A stretch of DNA of 64,000 nucleotides from assembly GCA_963716565.1 (NCBI GenBank), contig OY970318.1:452284-516283 (forward strand), in the 5' to 3' direction. The DNA is from an uncultured Candidatus Saccharibacteria bacterium. GTDB taxonomy: Bacteria; Patescibacteriota; Saccharimonadia; Saccharimonadales; CAIOMD01. Within the stretch, counting starts at the first letter, position 1. Each line of letters begins with the position of its first letter. Below the pieces are notes generated by a model that saw only the letters and a list, made by a program, of their open reading frames with translations, was not told the DNA's origin and made no database searches. Positions 22,415 to 35,830 of the stretch are shown here, piece by piece. A program made the position numbers and the translations under genes.

Positions 22415-22450
22415 CAGTGACGCGCTCTAACGGGCTAAAGCTAATCGCCC
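22415..22450 (-). pseudogene. Orphan 5' half of a tRNA-Ile-like gene (ends exactly at anticodon position 34)
   Basis: The minus strand reads GGGCGATTAGCTTTAGCCCGTTAGAGCGCGTCACTG. It is identical to tRNA-Ile positions 1-11 and 20-36 but has a different D-loop, and no 3' half follows it. Confidence 0.7.
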
Positions 22451-22681
22451 CTAAGACCGAACATACCATATTCTATTGGATAGTAGGATAAATTTCAAAG
22501 GTACAAATGAAAAAGGCGCTCAAACTAGCGCCTTTTTACATTAAATATTGAGTAGTGCGCGTCAACTTTTTGAAATCATCTGCCACCTTATGAGAGGCGG
22601 AAAGCAACAAGTGATTTCAAACTTGCTACCAGATCGGCCACCCTTCCTTTGCTAAAAGCATCAGGAGGGTTGTTTCTCCCT

Positions 22682-24165
<1,484 letters not shown>

Positions 24166-24270
24166 TTAAAAAAATATCATTCAACTGACGTTGACGCTGC
24201 ACTACTCAATTTTTAATGTCCATTCACCTTAAGGACACTTTAACACAGTACCTCAAAAGATGCAGATGTC

Positions 24271-24299
24271 AGAATACCTGATAAGGTTATGCTAGTCAA
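24271..24299 (-). promoter_or_regulatory. Putative rRNA operon promoter
   Basis: The minus strand reads TTGACT-17 nt-TATTCT about 105 nt upstream of the 16S 5' end. The leader 24189-24210 is complementary to 22548-22567, forming the 16S processing stem. Confidence 0.5.
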
Positions 24300-24340
24300 G
24301 TCGATTATTGTCTAAAATAGTTGTTATTTAAACAATCTAT

Positions 24341-24761
24341 TTAGAAGATATATTGAACAAAAAGACTGGCTGCTATTCCGCAAATAACACCCCCGGCAAC
24401 TTCCACGATGCTATGACCTTTAGCAATAGTGAATCTTTTTTCTCGGCGCATTTTTGTTAGGTAGCAGTCTTTTGATCACATCTGCATAATCACCAACGGT
24501 TCTCCGAACATTGGCAGCATCATATGCAACTACCGCCGTTAAGGTTAGCATGATAGCAAAATCAACACTTTCTATACCTTGATTTATAGCTATTATGGTA
24601 GTTAAGGCTACCATAAAAGCAGTATGGGCACTAGGCATGCCACCCGACCTGACAATTTTATCGGTGAAGGAGCCGCCCTTTTCGTCACTAACTAAGAATT
24701 TAATGACGTGAGCTAGCACATAGGCCAACCAGGGAGCTATTAAATATTTATACTGTTGCAT
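24341..24761 (-). CDS. Divergent PAP2 / DUF212 (YuiD-like) membrane protein, frame-disrupted near the 3' end
   Basis: The SGGMPSAHTAF motif is present. The track ORF stops at 24420, but the next frame continues ...FTIAKGHSIVEVAGGVICGIAASLFVQYIF to a stop at 24343-24341. A T6 run at 24436-24441 is the likely indel site. The span is 421 nt, i.e. 1 mod 3. Confidence 0.7.
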
Positions 24762-24769
24762 GGCATTGA

Positions 24770-27312
24770 TTACTTAACGATGATCTCTTGATTAGTGCCC
24801 TCTGCCACATCCTCATCAACATCAACAGTATCATCTACAAGAGCCAAAGATGCTACGGTATCACTTTCTGCTAAGCGCATTATTCTTACACCTTGAGTTA
24901 CACTGACCTAGCTCTGGAATATTTTTTAGCCCTAGCCTAATAGTTTGTCCTAGAGAAGATATCACTATTATTTCTTTTAGCCCGCTATCTAAAGTAGCAA
25001 CCCCAACCAATTTGCCGGTCTTATTATTCACTACAGCGGATCTTATGCCCACTCCGCCTCTTGCATGAGCTGTAAATTGAGCAATCTTTGTTCTCTTGCC
25101 ATAACCTAGTTCACTTATTACAAATATACTTGAATCTTCCTTTACCAAATCCATACCAATCACTTGATCGTTAGGTCGTAGCCTTATACCTCTAACACCC
25201 CTAGACACTCTACCCATGGGCCTTACATCTTTTTCGTTGAATCTTATAGCTTGGCCTAGTGATGTTGATATTACAACTTCGTCATCGCCATTGCTAAATC
25301 TTATCCACTTTAACTCATCACCTTTGTCTAGGTTGATAGCAATTAAACCAGAACCTCTAACATTTTTATATTGCTCATATGCTGTCTTTTTAACAACACC
25401 ACGCATGGTACACATAAATAAGTAGCCATTTTCTTCTGCCTGGCCTACTCTAATGACTGAGCTTACTTTTTCTTCTGGTTGTAATTGTAGCAAATTAACT
25501 ATGGCTATACCCTTTGCACCTAAGGCCAGTAGCTGGCACTTCGTAGGCTTTTAGCCTAAAGACTCTGCCCATTATTAGTGAAGAATAATAAGTAGTCGTG
25601 AGTAGCTAGTTGAGATCACATGTTCAATAATATCTTCTTCTCTGGTCTTCATACCGCGGCGGCCCTTACCACCTCGTCCTTGTTTTTTATATTCTGACTT
25701 CTAAACTTCGTTTTATGTAGTTAGCTGATGTTATTGTTACTACAACTTGTTCGTCTGGTATTAGTTCTTCATCGCTAAATTTACCTACTTCTTGGGGAAT
25801 TATTTTTGTTCGTCTGTCATCGCCAAATCTTTCTTTTAGTTCTTTTAGTTCTTCTCTTATAATAGCCCGTATTCGCTCTTCGTCTGCCAGAATCGCTTTA
25901 AGCTCTTTAATTAAATCTTTTAAGGCTGCTAGTTCGTCTTCTATTTTCTTTCTCTCGAGCCCGGCTAGGGTTCTAAGCTGCATTGCCAGAATAGCTTTTG
26001 CCTGAATTTCAGCTAAGTTTAAATTTAGTCATTAGATTCTCTTGGGCTTCTTCGGTGGTTTCGCTAGCTCTAATTGTAGCTATCACCTCGTCAATATGGT
26101 CTAGCGCAATTGTTAGGCCTTCAAGTACGTGCGCTCTAGCTTCGGCCTTTCTAAGCTCATACTCAGTTCTACGACGAACAACTACTTGCCGTGCTTTATG
26201 TATTCGCGCAAGAATATCCGCAAGCCCTAGAATCCTTGGTTGGATGCCATCTATCAAGGCCAACATATTAAAATGGAAAGATGTCTGCAGAGGGGTAAGT
26301 TTATATAACTGATTTAGTATTTTCTTGGGATAAGCATCTTTTTTAAGATCAACAACAATTTTTACACTACCTCTGGCACTTTCGTCTCGAATATCAGATA
26401 CGCCGGTAATTTTTTTATCTTTTACTAAGTCGGCAATTTTTTCGAGCAAACTGGCCTTGTTAAGGGCATACGGTATCTCGCTTATAACAATTCTATGGGT
26501 GCCTTTTTTAGAACGTTCTTCAATATCGGCCACACCGCGTACCACTATTCCACCCCTACCAGTGGCGTACGCCTCTCTTAGGCTGTTTTTGCCAAATATA
26601 ATCCCACCTGTTGGGAAATCAGGACCTTTTACGTGCTCTAATAAGATCATCTAGGGTTGATTCGGGCTTATCTATTAAGACAAATCGTAGCATCAATAAT
26701 CTCTGAGATATTATGTGGTGGTATAGATGTGGCCATCCCAACCGCAATACCAACTTGACCGTTTAATAACAGATTTGGTAGTTTGGCTGGTAAAACTTCT
26801 GGTTCTTGCTCGGAGCCATCATAGTTGTCTCTAAAAGGAACCGTCTCTTTGTCTATGTCCTCTAGCAAGGCTTGGCCGGCCTTGGCCATGCGCGCTTCTG
26901 TATATCTTTGAGCAGCAGCCGGATCACCATCCATAGACCCAAAGTTACCCTGACCATCAACTAACATATACCGCGTTGACCACTCCTGAGCTAACCTGAC
27001 CATAGCATCATAAATAGCAACATCACCATGAGGGTGATATTTACCCATTACATCACCGGTTATACGAGCACTTTTTACAAACTTTGATCCTGGCTTCCAG
27101 CCATTTTTTTCCATCGAATACAATATTCTTCGGTGTACTGGTTTTAAGCCATCCCGAACATCTGGTAGTGCCCGAGCAACAATTACGCTCATTGAATAAC
27201 GTAAGTAACTGTCCTCCATAATATCTTCTACAGTGCTGAGCTCAACTTCTCTGGAGTGAGTCTGAGCTGGTGGTATTATTTCTAAATCTGGTGTTTTTTG
27301 CTCTTCGTCCAT
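24770..27312 (-). pseudogene. gyrA: DNA gyrase subunit A, broken into at least 9 frame segments (about 847 codons if repaired)
   Basis: Track fragments 26668..27312, 26009..26650, 25687..25983 and 24861..25493 are all GyrA pieces (...[19 protein letters not shown]..., HPHGD, GPDFPTGG, beta-pinwheel repeats). Hand translation recovers the missing pieces in other frames ([87 protein letters not shown]...EIIVK). The span is 2543 nt, i.e. 2 mod 3. Confidence 0.85.
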
Positions 27313-27313
27313 T

Positions 27314-29295
<1,982 letters not shown>

Positions 29296-29413
29296 TTATT
29301 CTCTGTAACCTTATGTGGTTGATTCTATTATAGATGTAGGCTGTTATTTTTTCAATCATAAACTACTTGCAAGCATAAGAATAAATATGGTTGAATAAAG
29401 ATGCGAGGCGTTT

Positions 29414-31294
29414 TTGTTTGTAATGGTAAAAACAAAGGTTAAAATGTTCAAAAAAATTGTTTCCAACCTACCCTTTCATCCCGCCGTACTCGAACAGGTC
29501 GGCTTTTACTTGCACCGCTTAAAACAAGAAGATTCTATTAGAAGGGCTGGATTGGTTCTCACCGCTCTAGTTATCGCCTTGCAAGTATTTGTGATAGTTT
29601 CGCCATCTAAGCCTTCTTTAGCAACCAGCACAAATGACATAGTCTATGGCGCCAAATCAAAAGAACAAGTCTTACAAGCTTACAATAACAACCGCGACAA
29701 TCTAAATCGCACCGATATCCAGGCAATTTTTAATTACTTTGGTATAGGTTCGGCTCAAATTGCCGCAGCAACTTACGACAGAATTGGATCCCAACAGAAA
29801 AGATTTGTTAGCACTGGCCGGGGTACCTCGCCAGGTGTCGATACCTTCATTAATATACCCGGCGTACAAAATGGTGGGATATATCAAAGGTTGCTTTCGA
29901 GTTGGGATACTAGCGGCCACGAAAACTGGTATGACTCAATTACCGGCATAAGTAGCTACGGTTTTAGATTTTGGATTTTAACTAGTGGCTGTGGCAATAT
30001 TGTGTTCGAAGAAAATGCCCTAACCCCTAACCTAAATATCGTTAAAAAGCTCACCTCTAGTGGAACTATGCTAATTGATGACATTGCAACCTATTCTATC
30101 CAGTTCCAAAACACTGGGCCCGGTACCGCTAAAAATGTAACCATCAGCGATACGCTGGCCAATGAGTTTAATTATGTTAGCTATACAAGTAATGTAGATT
30201 TAACCTTCTCACGATCGGGCCAAAGTTTAACCTGGAAGATCGCCAACACCAACAGCGAACTACCACCAAGTACTAGATGGTTTAATATAGATATTACCGC
30301 TAAACTTATTCGTTCTAATAATGATAAGAAGGTATGTAATGCCTCAAGTATTAGCGCAAGTGGGGTTTCGCCCAAGCAAACATCTCCGGTTTGTATAAGT
30401 ATCACTGCTCAGATATTTTGTAGACAGTTACGAGTCATCGAAAACCCCGCCTGGGATAGTCGTAAATTTGAGACTACTATAGATGCCCAGACCGGCGCAG
30501 AAGTTAAACAAATAAACTATTTTGTTAACGATAATAAGGTAGCATCGGTCGCTTATAGCGCCTCCGGCAAGCAACTTTATACGCACAGATTCCCTAGCGT
30601 AGGAGAATATCGAGTACGAGTGGAACTAGAGGCAAAGAGCGGTTCCGTTCAACCAACCCAATCTTGCCAAGTAGTGGTCCAAGTTACCAAGCCAGAACAG
30701 CCAGAACCCCGCATTAGTACCGATAAAACGGTTGAAAATCTTACTCAAAATGTCAGCAATGCCGATGGTATGCTCGCCCGCCCAGGCGACAAGCTGAAAT
30801 ATACTATTATAATTACCAACAGTGGTGATGCTGAGTATAAAAATCTCAAGCTCGAAGGTGATTTTGGCGAAAGCATCAACGACATACTAGAATATAGCAA
30901 CTTAATAGACCAGGGTGATGCCAGATACAATAAAGATACCAATTTCTTAAGTTGGGACGCCGTTAATATACCAGCCGGTGAAACAATTAGGAAAAGCTTC
31001 ATCGTACAGGTAATGAATCCCTTACCAGCTACACCAGTTTCTGCATCCGATCCATTATCTTATGATTTCAAGATGCAGAATGAATACGGAAGATTAGTAA
31101 CGATTAATTTAGATAAACCAGTAACTAAAGTAATAGAGCAAACCGCCAAGGAACTGCCAAATACCGGCCCAGGAACAAGTATTGCCATCAGTGCGATAGC
31201 GGCCGTTATTATAGGATACTTCTTTTATAGGGGCCGTTTATTGTCAAGAGAACTAGAGGTTGTCCACCATTCATATAGCGCAGGAGGCTTGTAA
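29414..31294 (+). CDS. LPXTG-anchored surface protein with DUF11-like repeat domains
   Basis: An N-terminal signal anchor is followed by repeats of the type ...TYSIQFQNTGPGTAKNVTISDTL... and ...KYTIIITNSGDAEYKNLKLEGDF.... The C-terminal LPNTG is followed by a hydrophobic stretch and basic residues (a sortase signal). The start is uncertain: TTG 29414 or ATG 29423/29444. Confidence 0.75.
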   Translation: MFVMVKTKVKMFKKIVSNLPFHPAVLEQVGFYLHRLKQEDSIRRAGLVLTALVIALQVFVIVSPSKPSLATSTNDIVYGAKSKEQVLQAYNNNRDNLNRTDIQAIFNYFGIGSAQIAAATYDRIGSQQKRFVSTGRGTSPGVDTFINIPGVQNGGIYQRLLSSWDTSGHENWYDSITGISSYGFRFWILTSGCGNIVFEENALTPNLNIVKKLTSSGTMLIDDIATYSIQFQNTGPGTAKNVTISDTLANEFNYVSYTSNVDLTFSRSGQSLTWKIANTNSELPPSTRWFNIDITAKLIRSNNDKKVCNASSISASGVSPKQTSPVCISITAQIFCRQLRVIENPAWDSRKFETTIDAQTGAEVKQINYFVNDNKVASVAYSASGKQLYTHRFPSVGEYRVRVELEAKSGSVQPTQSCQVVVQVTKPEQPEPRISTDKTVENLTQNVSNADGMLARPGDKLKYTIIITNSGDAEYKNLKLEGDFGESINDILEYSNLIDQGDARYNKDTNFLSWDAVNIPAGETIRKSFIVQVMNPLPATPVSASDPLSYDFKMQNEYGRLVTINLDKPVTKVIEQTAKELPNTGPGTSIAISAIAAVIIGYFFYRGRLLSRELEVVHHSYSAGGL

Positions 31295-31296
31295 CT

Positions 31297-31875
31297 ATGA
31301 GCGAGCAATCACCAATCAAAAAACATGAGAACCTAGAACGTGGCCAAATAGCTCCAGAGTATAAAGACAACTCAGAGGTTAATGGCGAGAAACAGCATTT
31401 AGAAGAATTGCAACGCTCTTCAGAGATGATTGAGTCAGCTAGAGATGCTATAGAAAAGCAGGCTATATCAAGCGAAGTACCGGTTGTCGAAAAACGAGCT
31501 GAGCAGTCTGATCAAACTATTCGCTATACAACCAAACGCATTAAGAACGAGCGCTACAGAACTACCCTATCCCATGTACGTCATCATCTATCGCCGTCTC
31601 AGAGGGTTCTTAGTAAGATCGTCCATCAACCAGTTATCGAAGCAATTAGCGAAATTGGTGCTAAGACCATCGCTAGACCCAGTGGCCTGCTAGGGGGTGG
31701 GTTAATAGCTTTAATCTCAAGCCTAACTGTAATTATTATTGCCCGTCGAGTTGGTTTTGCTGTACCAAATAGCATCTTCGCCATAACTTTTATTGGTGGT
31801 TTTTGTCTGGGAATAATCGTGGAAGCCGTATTCAGAACTATCAAGAAAAGATTTCAAAAACACTCTAGAGCTTAG
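31297..31875 (+). CDS. Hypothetical membrane protein (two C-terminal TM helices)
   Basis: The 192-aa ORF starts 3 nt after the adhesin stop. It has a charged N-terminal half followed by GLLGGGLIALISSLTVIIIA and IFAITFIGGFCLGIIVEAVF. Confidence 0.55.
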   Translation: MSEQSPIKKHENLERGQIAPEYKDNSEVNGEKQHLEELQRSSEMIESARDAIEKQAISSEVPVVEKRAEQSDQTIRYTTKRIKNERYRTTLSHVRHHLSPSQRVLSKIVHQPVIEAISEIGAKTIARPSGLLGGGLIALISSLTVIIIARRVGFAVPNSIFAITFIGGFCLGIIVEAVFRTIKKRFQKHSRA

Positions 31876-31885
31876 AACAGCTCTC

Positions 31886-34738
31886 CTATTGCTGGCTAAG
31901 ATTACCCTCTCTGTCAATGTGTATAGTATCGTTATGTCTTAAGATATCGTCATTTGGCATTTTAGGTTCTAATTCTGCGATTTGTTCAGTAGAGTCCTTC
32001 AATGGTTGGCCTGATCCATCATTGGACTTTGCCTTTTGTTCATTTCGTTCATTGTCGCCCGGTCCGTCAACACCACTAACCCTGTTAGTATTTATCTGCT
32101 CTTTTTGATTATTGGTTAGATCTTCTGCCTGCTTTGGGCTCGTTTTACCAGCAACTCTTCTTTTAGCTAGCCATTCATCTAAGAACGAAGACTGGGCCCC
32201 CGTGCTCATTGCTGGATGACTTGGCGTTGCGCTCCCTGCAGAAGATGAAACGTTAGCCGCGGGACCAAACATGGCGGGCTTATCAGGCTTTTCGGTAGTT
32301 AATCGTTTGAATATTTCTGATTCCACAATGGGCTTTGGCCGGCCATATTTTGCCGCTGAGAGCTGTTTTAAAGCCTGTGCAAGCTGTTTATTGCTATTAC
32401 CTAGGATTGGTAGCCCGGTCATACTAAATGGCTGCGTAGGCACACCACCGATTAAAGTACGAACAATGTTGTTAGCCATTGGCAAGCGCTGCAAGTCATC
32501 TATGTCGAATATTGGTCTAAAAATCTTTTCTAAGGCCTCGGCATCGGCAGTACCAACCCTAAACGAAATAATAGTACCAATATTGCCAAATACCGCCTCC
32601 CTAACCTCGTCGCTCAACTGAGTTATAAACTGATTGGCAACCATTAAATTAAGGCCATACTTTCTCGCTTCACTTAAAATCGAAGCAAATGACTCTGTAG
32701 AAAAGTTCTGGAACTCATCAACGTACAAACAAAAATCTCTACGTAACTTTTTATCTTCAATATTAGCCCTACTCATAGCGGCCGCCTGGAACTTCATAAC
32801 AAATATCATTCCGAGCAACTTAGAGTTGAGTTCGCCGGTACGACCCTTGCTTAGGTTAACTATCAAAATCTTGCCCGAATCCATTATCTCTCTTAAATCA
32901 AAAGAGCTTTTTGTTTGCCCAATGATGTTACGCATCATTTCGTTAGACATAAAAGCACCGAACTTGCTCACTACCCAACTTGTAACCTCTCCAGATTCGT
33001 TAGATCGCTGCGAATTCGGATATTCTTTGGTCCAGTAGTCGATCACCATTCTATCTTTTACGTATGGCAACTTCTGTTTGACGTATTCATAGTCGATTAA
33101 TGCTTTTGGAATATCTATAAAGGTGCCTCCATTGGGATCAGCCATCACTAATTGTGCACAGTTACGAAAGATATGCTCATAACGAGGCCCCATAATACCC
33201 TGATGTTGAGGGTCATACAGCTTATAGAGCATGCTGATTGTTTCTTGGATTAAAAAGTCCTTTTGGTCTGGAGTATCATACTCGAACAAATTCAAACCCA
33301 TTGGATACTCCATGTCCGCCGGACAAAAATAGATTACATCTTCGGTCCGCTCTTTAGGCACTAGACCCATTATTCTTTCTGCGCTATCTCCGTGAGGGTC
33401 AATAAAAGCAAAGCCTCGGCCCTCTAGCATGTCTTGTAGGGCCATGTTTTCCAAAAATACAGATTTACCTACACCGGTCTGACCAACAACATAAGTATGT
33501 CGACGCCTATCGTCGTCACTAAGATAAATTGGCTTTTTAACGTCCCTGTAGACGTTATAGCCTAGCAGCAAGCCTTCCTCTAGCACGTTTCTGGGGCCAT
33601 CAACCTGTTTTGATGCCTGTCTTTCTAGCTGAGAAGTCGGTACATTGGCTGAGTCCGGAAAATGGAATATTGAAGATAGCTCTATGGAATTTAAAATATT
33701 TTTTGTTTGCTCTGGAGGGAAAAAGCGCAAGATGTAGGCCGTTACAAAACTCTCAATATCTTTAGCCGGTAGAAATTTGAAACCATTTTTACCCTGAGCG
33801 TCAAACAAAGAGAAGGTCGCTACTATATTACCTAGCAATAGCTGGGCATGTTGAGCGTTGCTCGAGGATGCCACGACTCTTATTAAAACCTCGTAGCCAG
33901 TATGCCTAGACTTCTCTTCTATGGTCTCTGCTACTGATTGCTGTAAGTTAGAGCCTGGCTTATCATCACTAGACGATTTATCGTCCTTGCTCTCGGGGGG
34001 CTTAGCTAAAGCTGTAAAGATCTGCCTAAACCACCAAAAAAATTTATCAAAACCGGTCTTCTTCTTTTTGCCTTGTCTCAGCCTACTAGCCTCATCACCA
34101 GCCAATTTATGCCAACCATCAAACGCCGGACGTATTAGTAACTGAACGCCCGCTCCATCTTCCTTGCCTATTTTAGATAACGAGTTAAGTAGTGATTGCA
34201 TCGAATCACGCTTCAAATCCCTGTAAGTGGCTATCGGATAATAATAGTCAGACTTTAAAGCTAATTCGCCGCCTACTGTGCCGTTTATTTTGCCTATTGG
34301 GTTAAAAATATTGTGTTCGGCAACTTCTTCTAGGCGACAATTCGGATAAGCGCTTAATATTGCTTGTTCGATAACTGACGTTAAAACTACTGGGACGGCA
34401 ACATAAAAATACACCATTCCTTTGTGGGCTACTATTTCAAAAGCAATGTGTCTCTGGCCATAAAACTTTCTTTTTAGCCCCTTCTCGGTGGTGCTAGCAA
34501 TAATATTATATAAAACCTCGGCTTTTGATATGGTTTCGTCAATTACGTCTCTATCGTCTCGTCCTTGAGTTTCGTTATCGTCGCTAACCGGCGGTAAATG
34601 AATTAAAAACGGTATCATTTTTAGGCCACGTTCATAATTTTTAGCTTCTCTCAAAAGCTTGCGCGTCCGCCAAAATATGAACCAAGCCACAATAACAAGC
34701 AGCGAGACAAGGCAAATAATTAATATCGGAGCATTCAT
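31886..34738 (-). CDS. VirD4/TraG/TraD-like type IV coupling-protein ATPase with N-terminal membrane anchor
   Basis: The protein is 950 aa with an N-terminal TM segment. Walker A is VVGQTGVGKS, Walker B-like is FCLYVDEFQNF, and the TraG/TraD C-terminal-like block is EARKYGLNLMVANQFITQL. The tail is low-complexity. Confidence 0.7.
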   Translation of the reverse strand: MNAPILIICLVSLLVIVAWFIFWRTRKLLREAKNYERGLKMIPFLIHLPPVSDDNETQGRDDRDVIDETISKAEVLYNIIASTTEKGLKRKFYGQRHIAFEIVAHKGMVYFYVAVPVVLTSVIEQAILSAYPNCRLEEVAEHNIFNPIGKINGTVGGELALKSDYYYPIATYRDLKRDSMQSLLNSLSKIGKEDGAGVQLLIRPAFDGWHKLAGDEASRLRQGKKKKTGFDKFFWWFRQIFTALAKPPESKDDKSSSDDKPGSNLQQSVAETIEEKSRHTGYEVLIRVVASSSNAQHAQLLLGNIVATFSLFDAQGKNGFKFLPAKDIESFVTAYILRFFPPEQTKNILNSIELSSIFHFPDSANVPTSQLERQASKQVDGPRNVLEEGLLLGYNVYRDVKKPIYLSDDDRRRHTYVVGQTGVGKSVFLENMALQDMLEGRGFAFIDPHGDSAERIMGLVPKERTEDVIYFCPADMEYPMGLNLFEYDTPDQKDFLIQETISMLYKLYDPQHQGIMGPRYEHIFRNCAQLVMADPNGGTFIDIPKALIDYEYVKQKLPYVKDRMVIDYWTKEYPNSQRSNESGEVTSWVVSKFGAFMSNEMMRNIIGQTKSSFDLREIMDSGKILIVNLSKGRTGELNSKLLGMIFVMKFQAAAMSRANIEDKKLRRDFCLYVDEFQNFSTESFASILSEARKYGLNLMVANQFITQLSDEVREAVFGNIGTIISFRVGTADAEALEKIFRPIFDIDDLQRLPMANNIVRTLIGGVPTQPFSMTGLPILGNSNKQLAQALKQLSAAKYGRPKPIVESEIFKRLTTEKPDKPAMFGPAANVSSSAGSATPSHPAMSTGAQSSFLDEWLAKRRVAGKTSPKQAEDLTNNQKEQINTNRVSGVDGPGDNERNEQKAKSNDGSGQPLKDSTEQIAELEPKMPNDDILRHNDTIHIDREGNLSQQ

Positions 34739-34747
34739 TGGCTGGTC

Positions 34748-35191
34748 CTATGCCGACTGATCATTAGACGGCTTAACATCTTTATTGAATCGCTTCTTTA
34801 TGTAGTCTCTCTTCATGTTAGATAGTTGCGCCGACTGGTCGTGGGGATTATCTCTGGTCTCGTTAACTATAGTTTTTGCCTTTTGCACCCAGACTTTTTC
34901 GATGACATCTACGTCATCGGCTATTAAACTGCTCGAAGATGAGTTAGCAGTACCCAACACCGGTGGATCTTGAGTCGCCATTGGGCCTGTTGGCATCACA
35001 ACCGTTTGCGAATCGCTCTGAGCCACTTGGCTTACGGCATTATTCGCAGAAGATAACCTCTCGGCCTGAGATGCTACATTCAAAGAATCTAGCGGACGAG
35101 CATTATTAGATTCCATATTAACGCCCATAAGCTTTACATCTGCCTGTGGTCTTGGCAGTTCGGGTTTTGGATTTGGGGTTATTTGGTCCAT
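34748..35191 (-). CDS. Hypothetical protein (Ser/Gln/Pro-rich N-half, basic C-terminus)
   Basis: The 147-aa ORF is co-directional with, and 10 nt upstream of, the ATPase gene. I recognise no motif. Confidence 0.45.
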   Translation of the reverse strand: MDQITPNPKPELPRPQADVKLMGVNMESNNARPLDSLNVASQAERLSSANNAVSQVAQSDSQTVVMPTGPMATQDPPVLGTANSSSSSLIADDVDVIEKVWVQKAKTIVNETRDNPHDQSAQLSNMKRDYIKKRFNKDVKPSNDQSA

Positions 35192-35243
35192 CAGAGGTTA
35201 GTATAGCAAAGAAAGAAACAACCTTACAGCTTATGGTTTAAAG

Positions 35244-35579
35244 TTAATGGCCACTTCTTTTTAGAATGTACCATACGATAATTAACGGTATTAATGTAGC
35301 TAAAATAAGATTAATTATTGATAGGCCACCTATTGCCTGCAACGATATTATCGACAGTGGACAAAACGCCATAATACACGAAATAATAGCCGCCTTAGTC
35401 CTATCCAAACCGTGGCTAAATAGCTTAATCAGTATAGCGATGCTATTTACGGCCATAGCATAGATGACTACAAAAACTACCAGATGAACCGGCAAATTGC
35501 TCGTCTTGGGATTAAATACGCTCAAAATAACACCAAACACAATCAGCAATATTGCCATACTAAGTATCATCTTTTTCAT
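35244..35579 (-). CDS. Hypothetical small integral membrane protein
   Basis: Three to four hydrophobic helices are present. I prefer ATG at 35579 (MKKMILSM...) because the track TTG start at 35618 lies inside an upstream terminator-like hairpin. Confidence 0.55.
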   Translation of the reverse strand: MKKMILSMAILLIVFGVILSVFNPKTSNLPVHLVVFVVIYAMAVNSIAILIKLFSHGLDRTKAAIISCIMAFCPLSIISLQAIGGLSIINLILATLIPLIIVWYILKRSGH

Positions 35580-35830
35580 GTATACAAGAACTATATATAA
35601 CAAAACCCCCGTCTTCAATGCTTGGTAGCAGACGGGGCGTTATTTTTTACAATAAGCTCCGTGACGGTAAATCCGCCCATTATAAAATTATTTATTGGCG
35701 CTTACCGTCACTATTGGAGCTTTGACTGACCGCTTTCCTCTTAGGAAAGCGATGTCCGTTTTTAGAATAATGATTGTTATCCTAAAACGTTTTTAGTAAG
35801 TTTTTGTTTTATCTTACTGGAGTTTAATTT
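35580..35830 (-). promoter_or_regulatory. Structured 5' leader (promoter, three hairpins, intrinsic terminator) upstream of the membrane-protein/ATPase operon
   Basis: The minus strand shows TTGACT-17-TAAATT at about 35850-35822. Hairpins follow: CGCTTTCC-TAAGA-GGAAAGCG, then a long helix GCTCC..GTGACGGTAA..(30-nt AT loop)..TTACCGTCAC..GGAGC. CCCCGTCT-N16-AGACGGGG plus GTTTTGTT comes 25 nt before the ATG. Confidence 0.5.
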
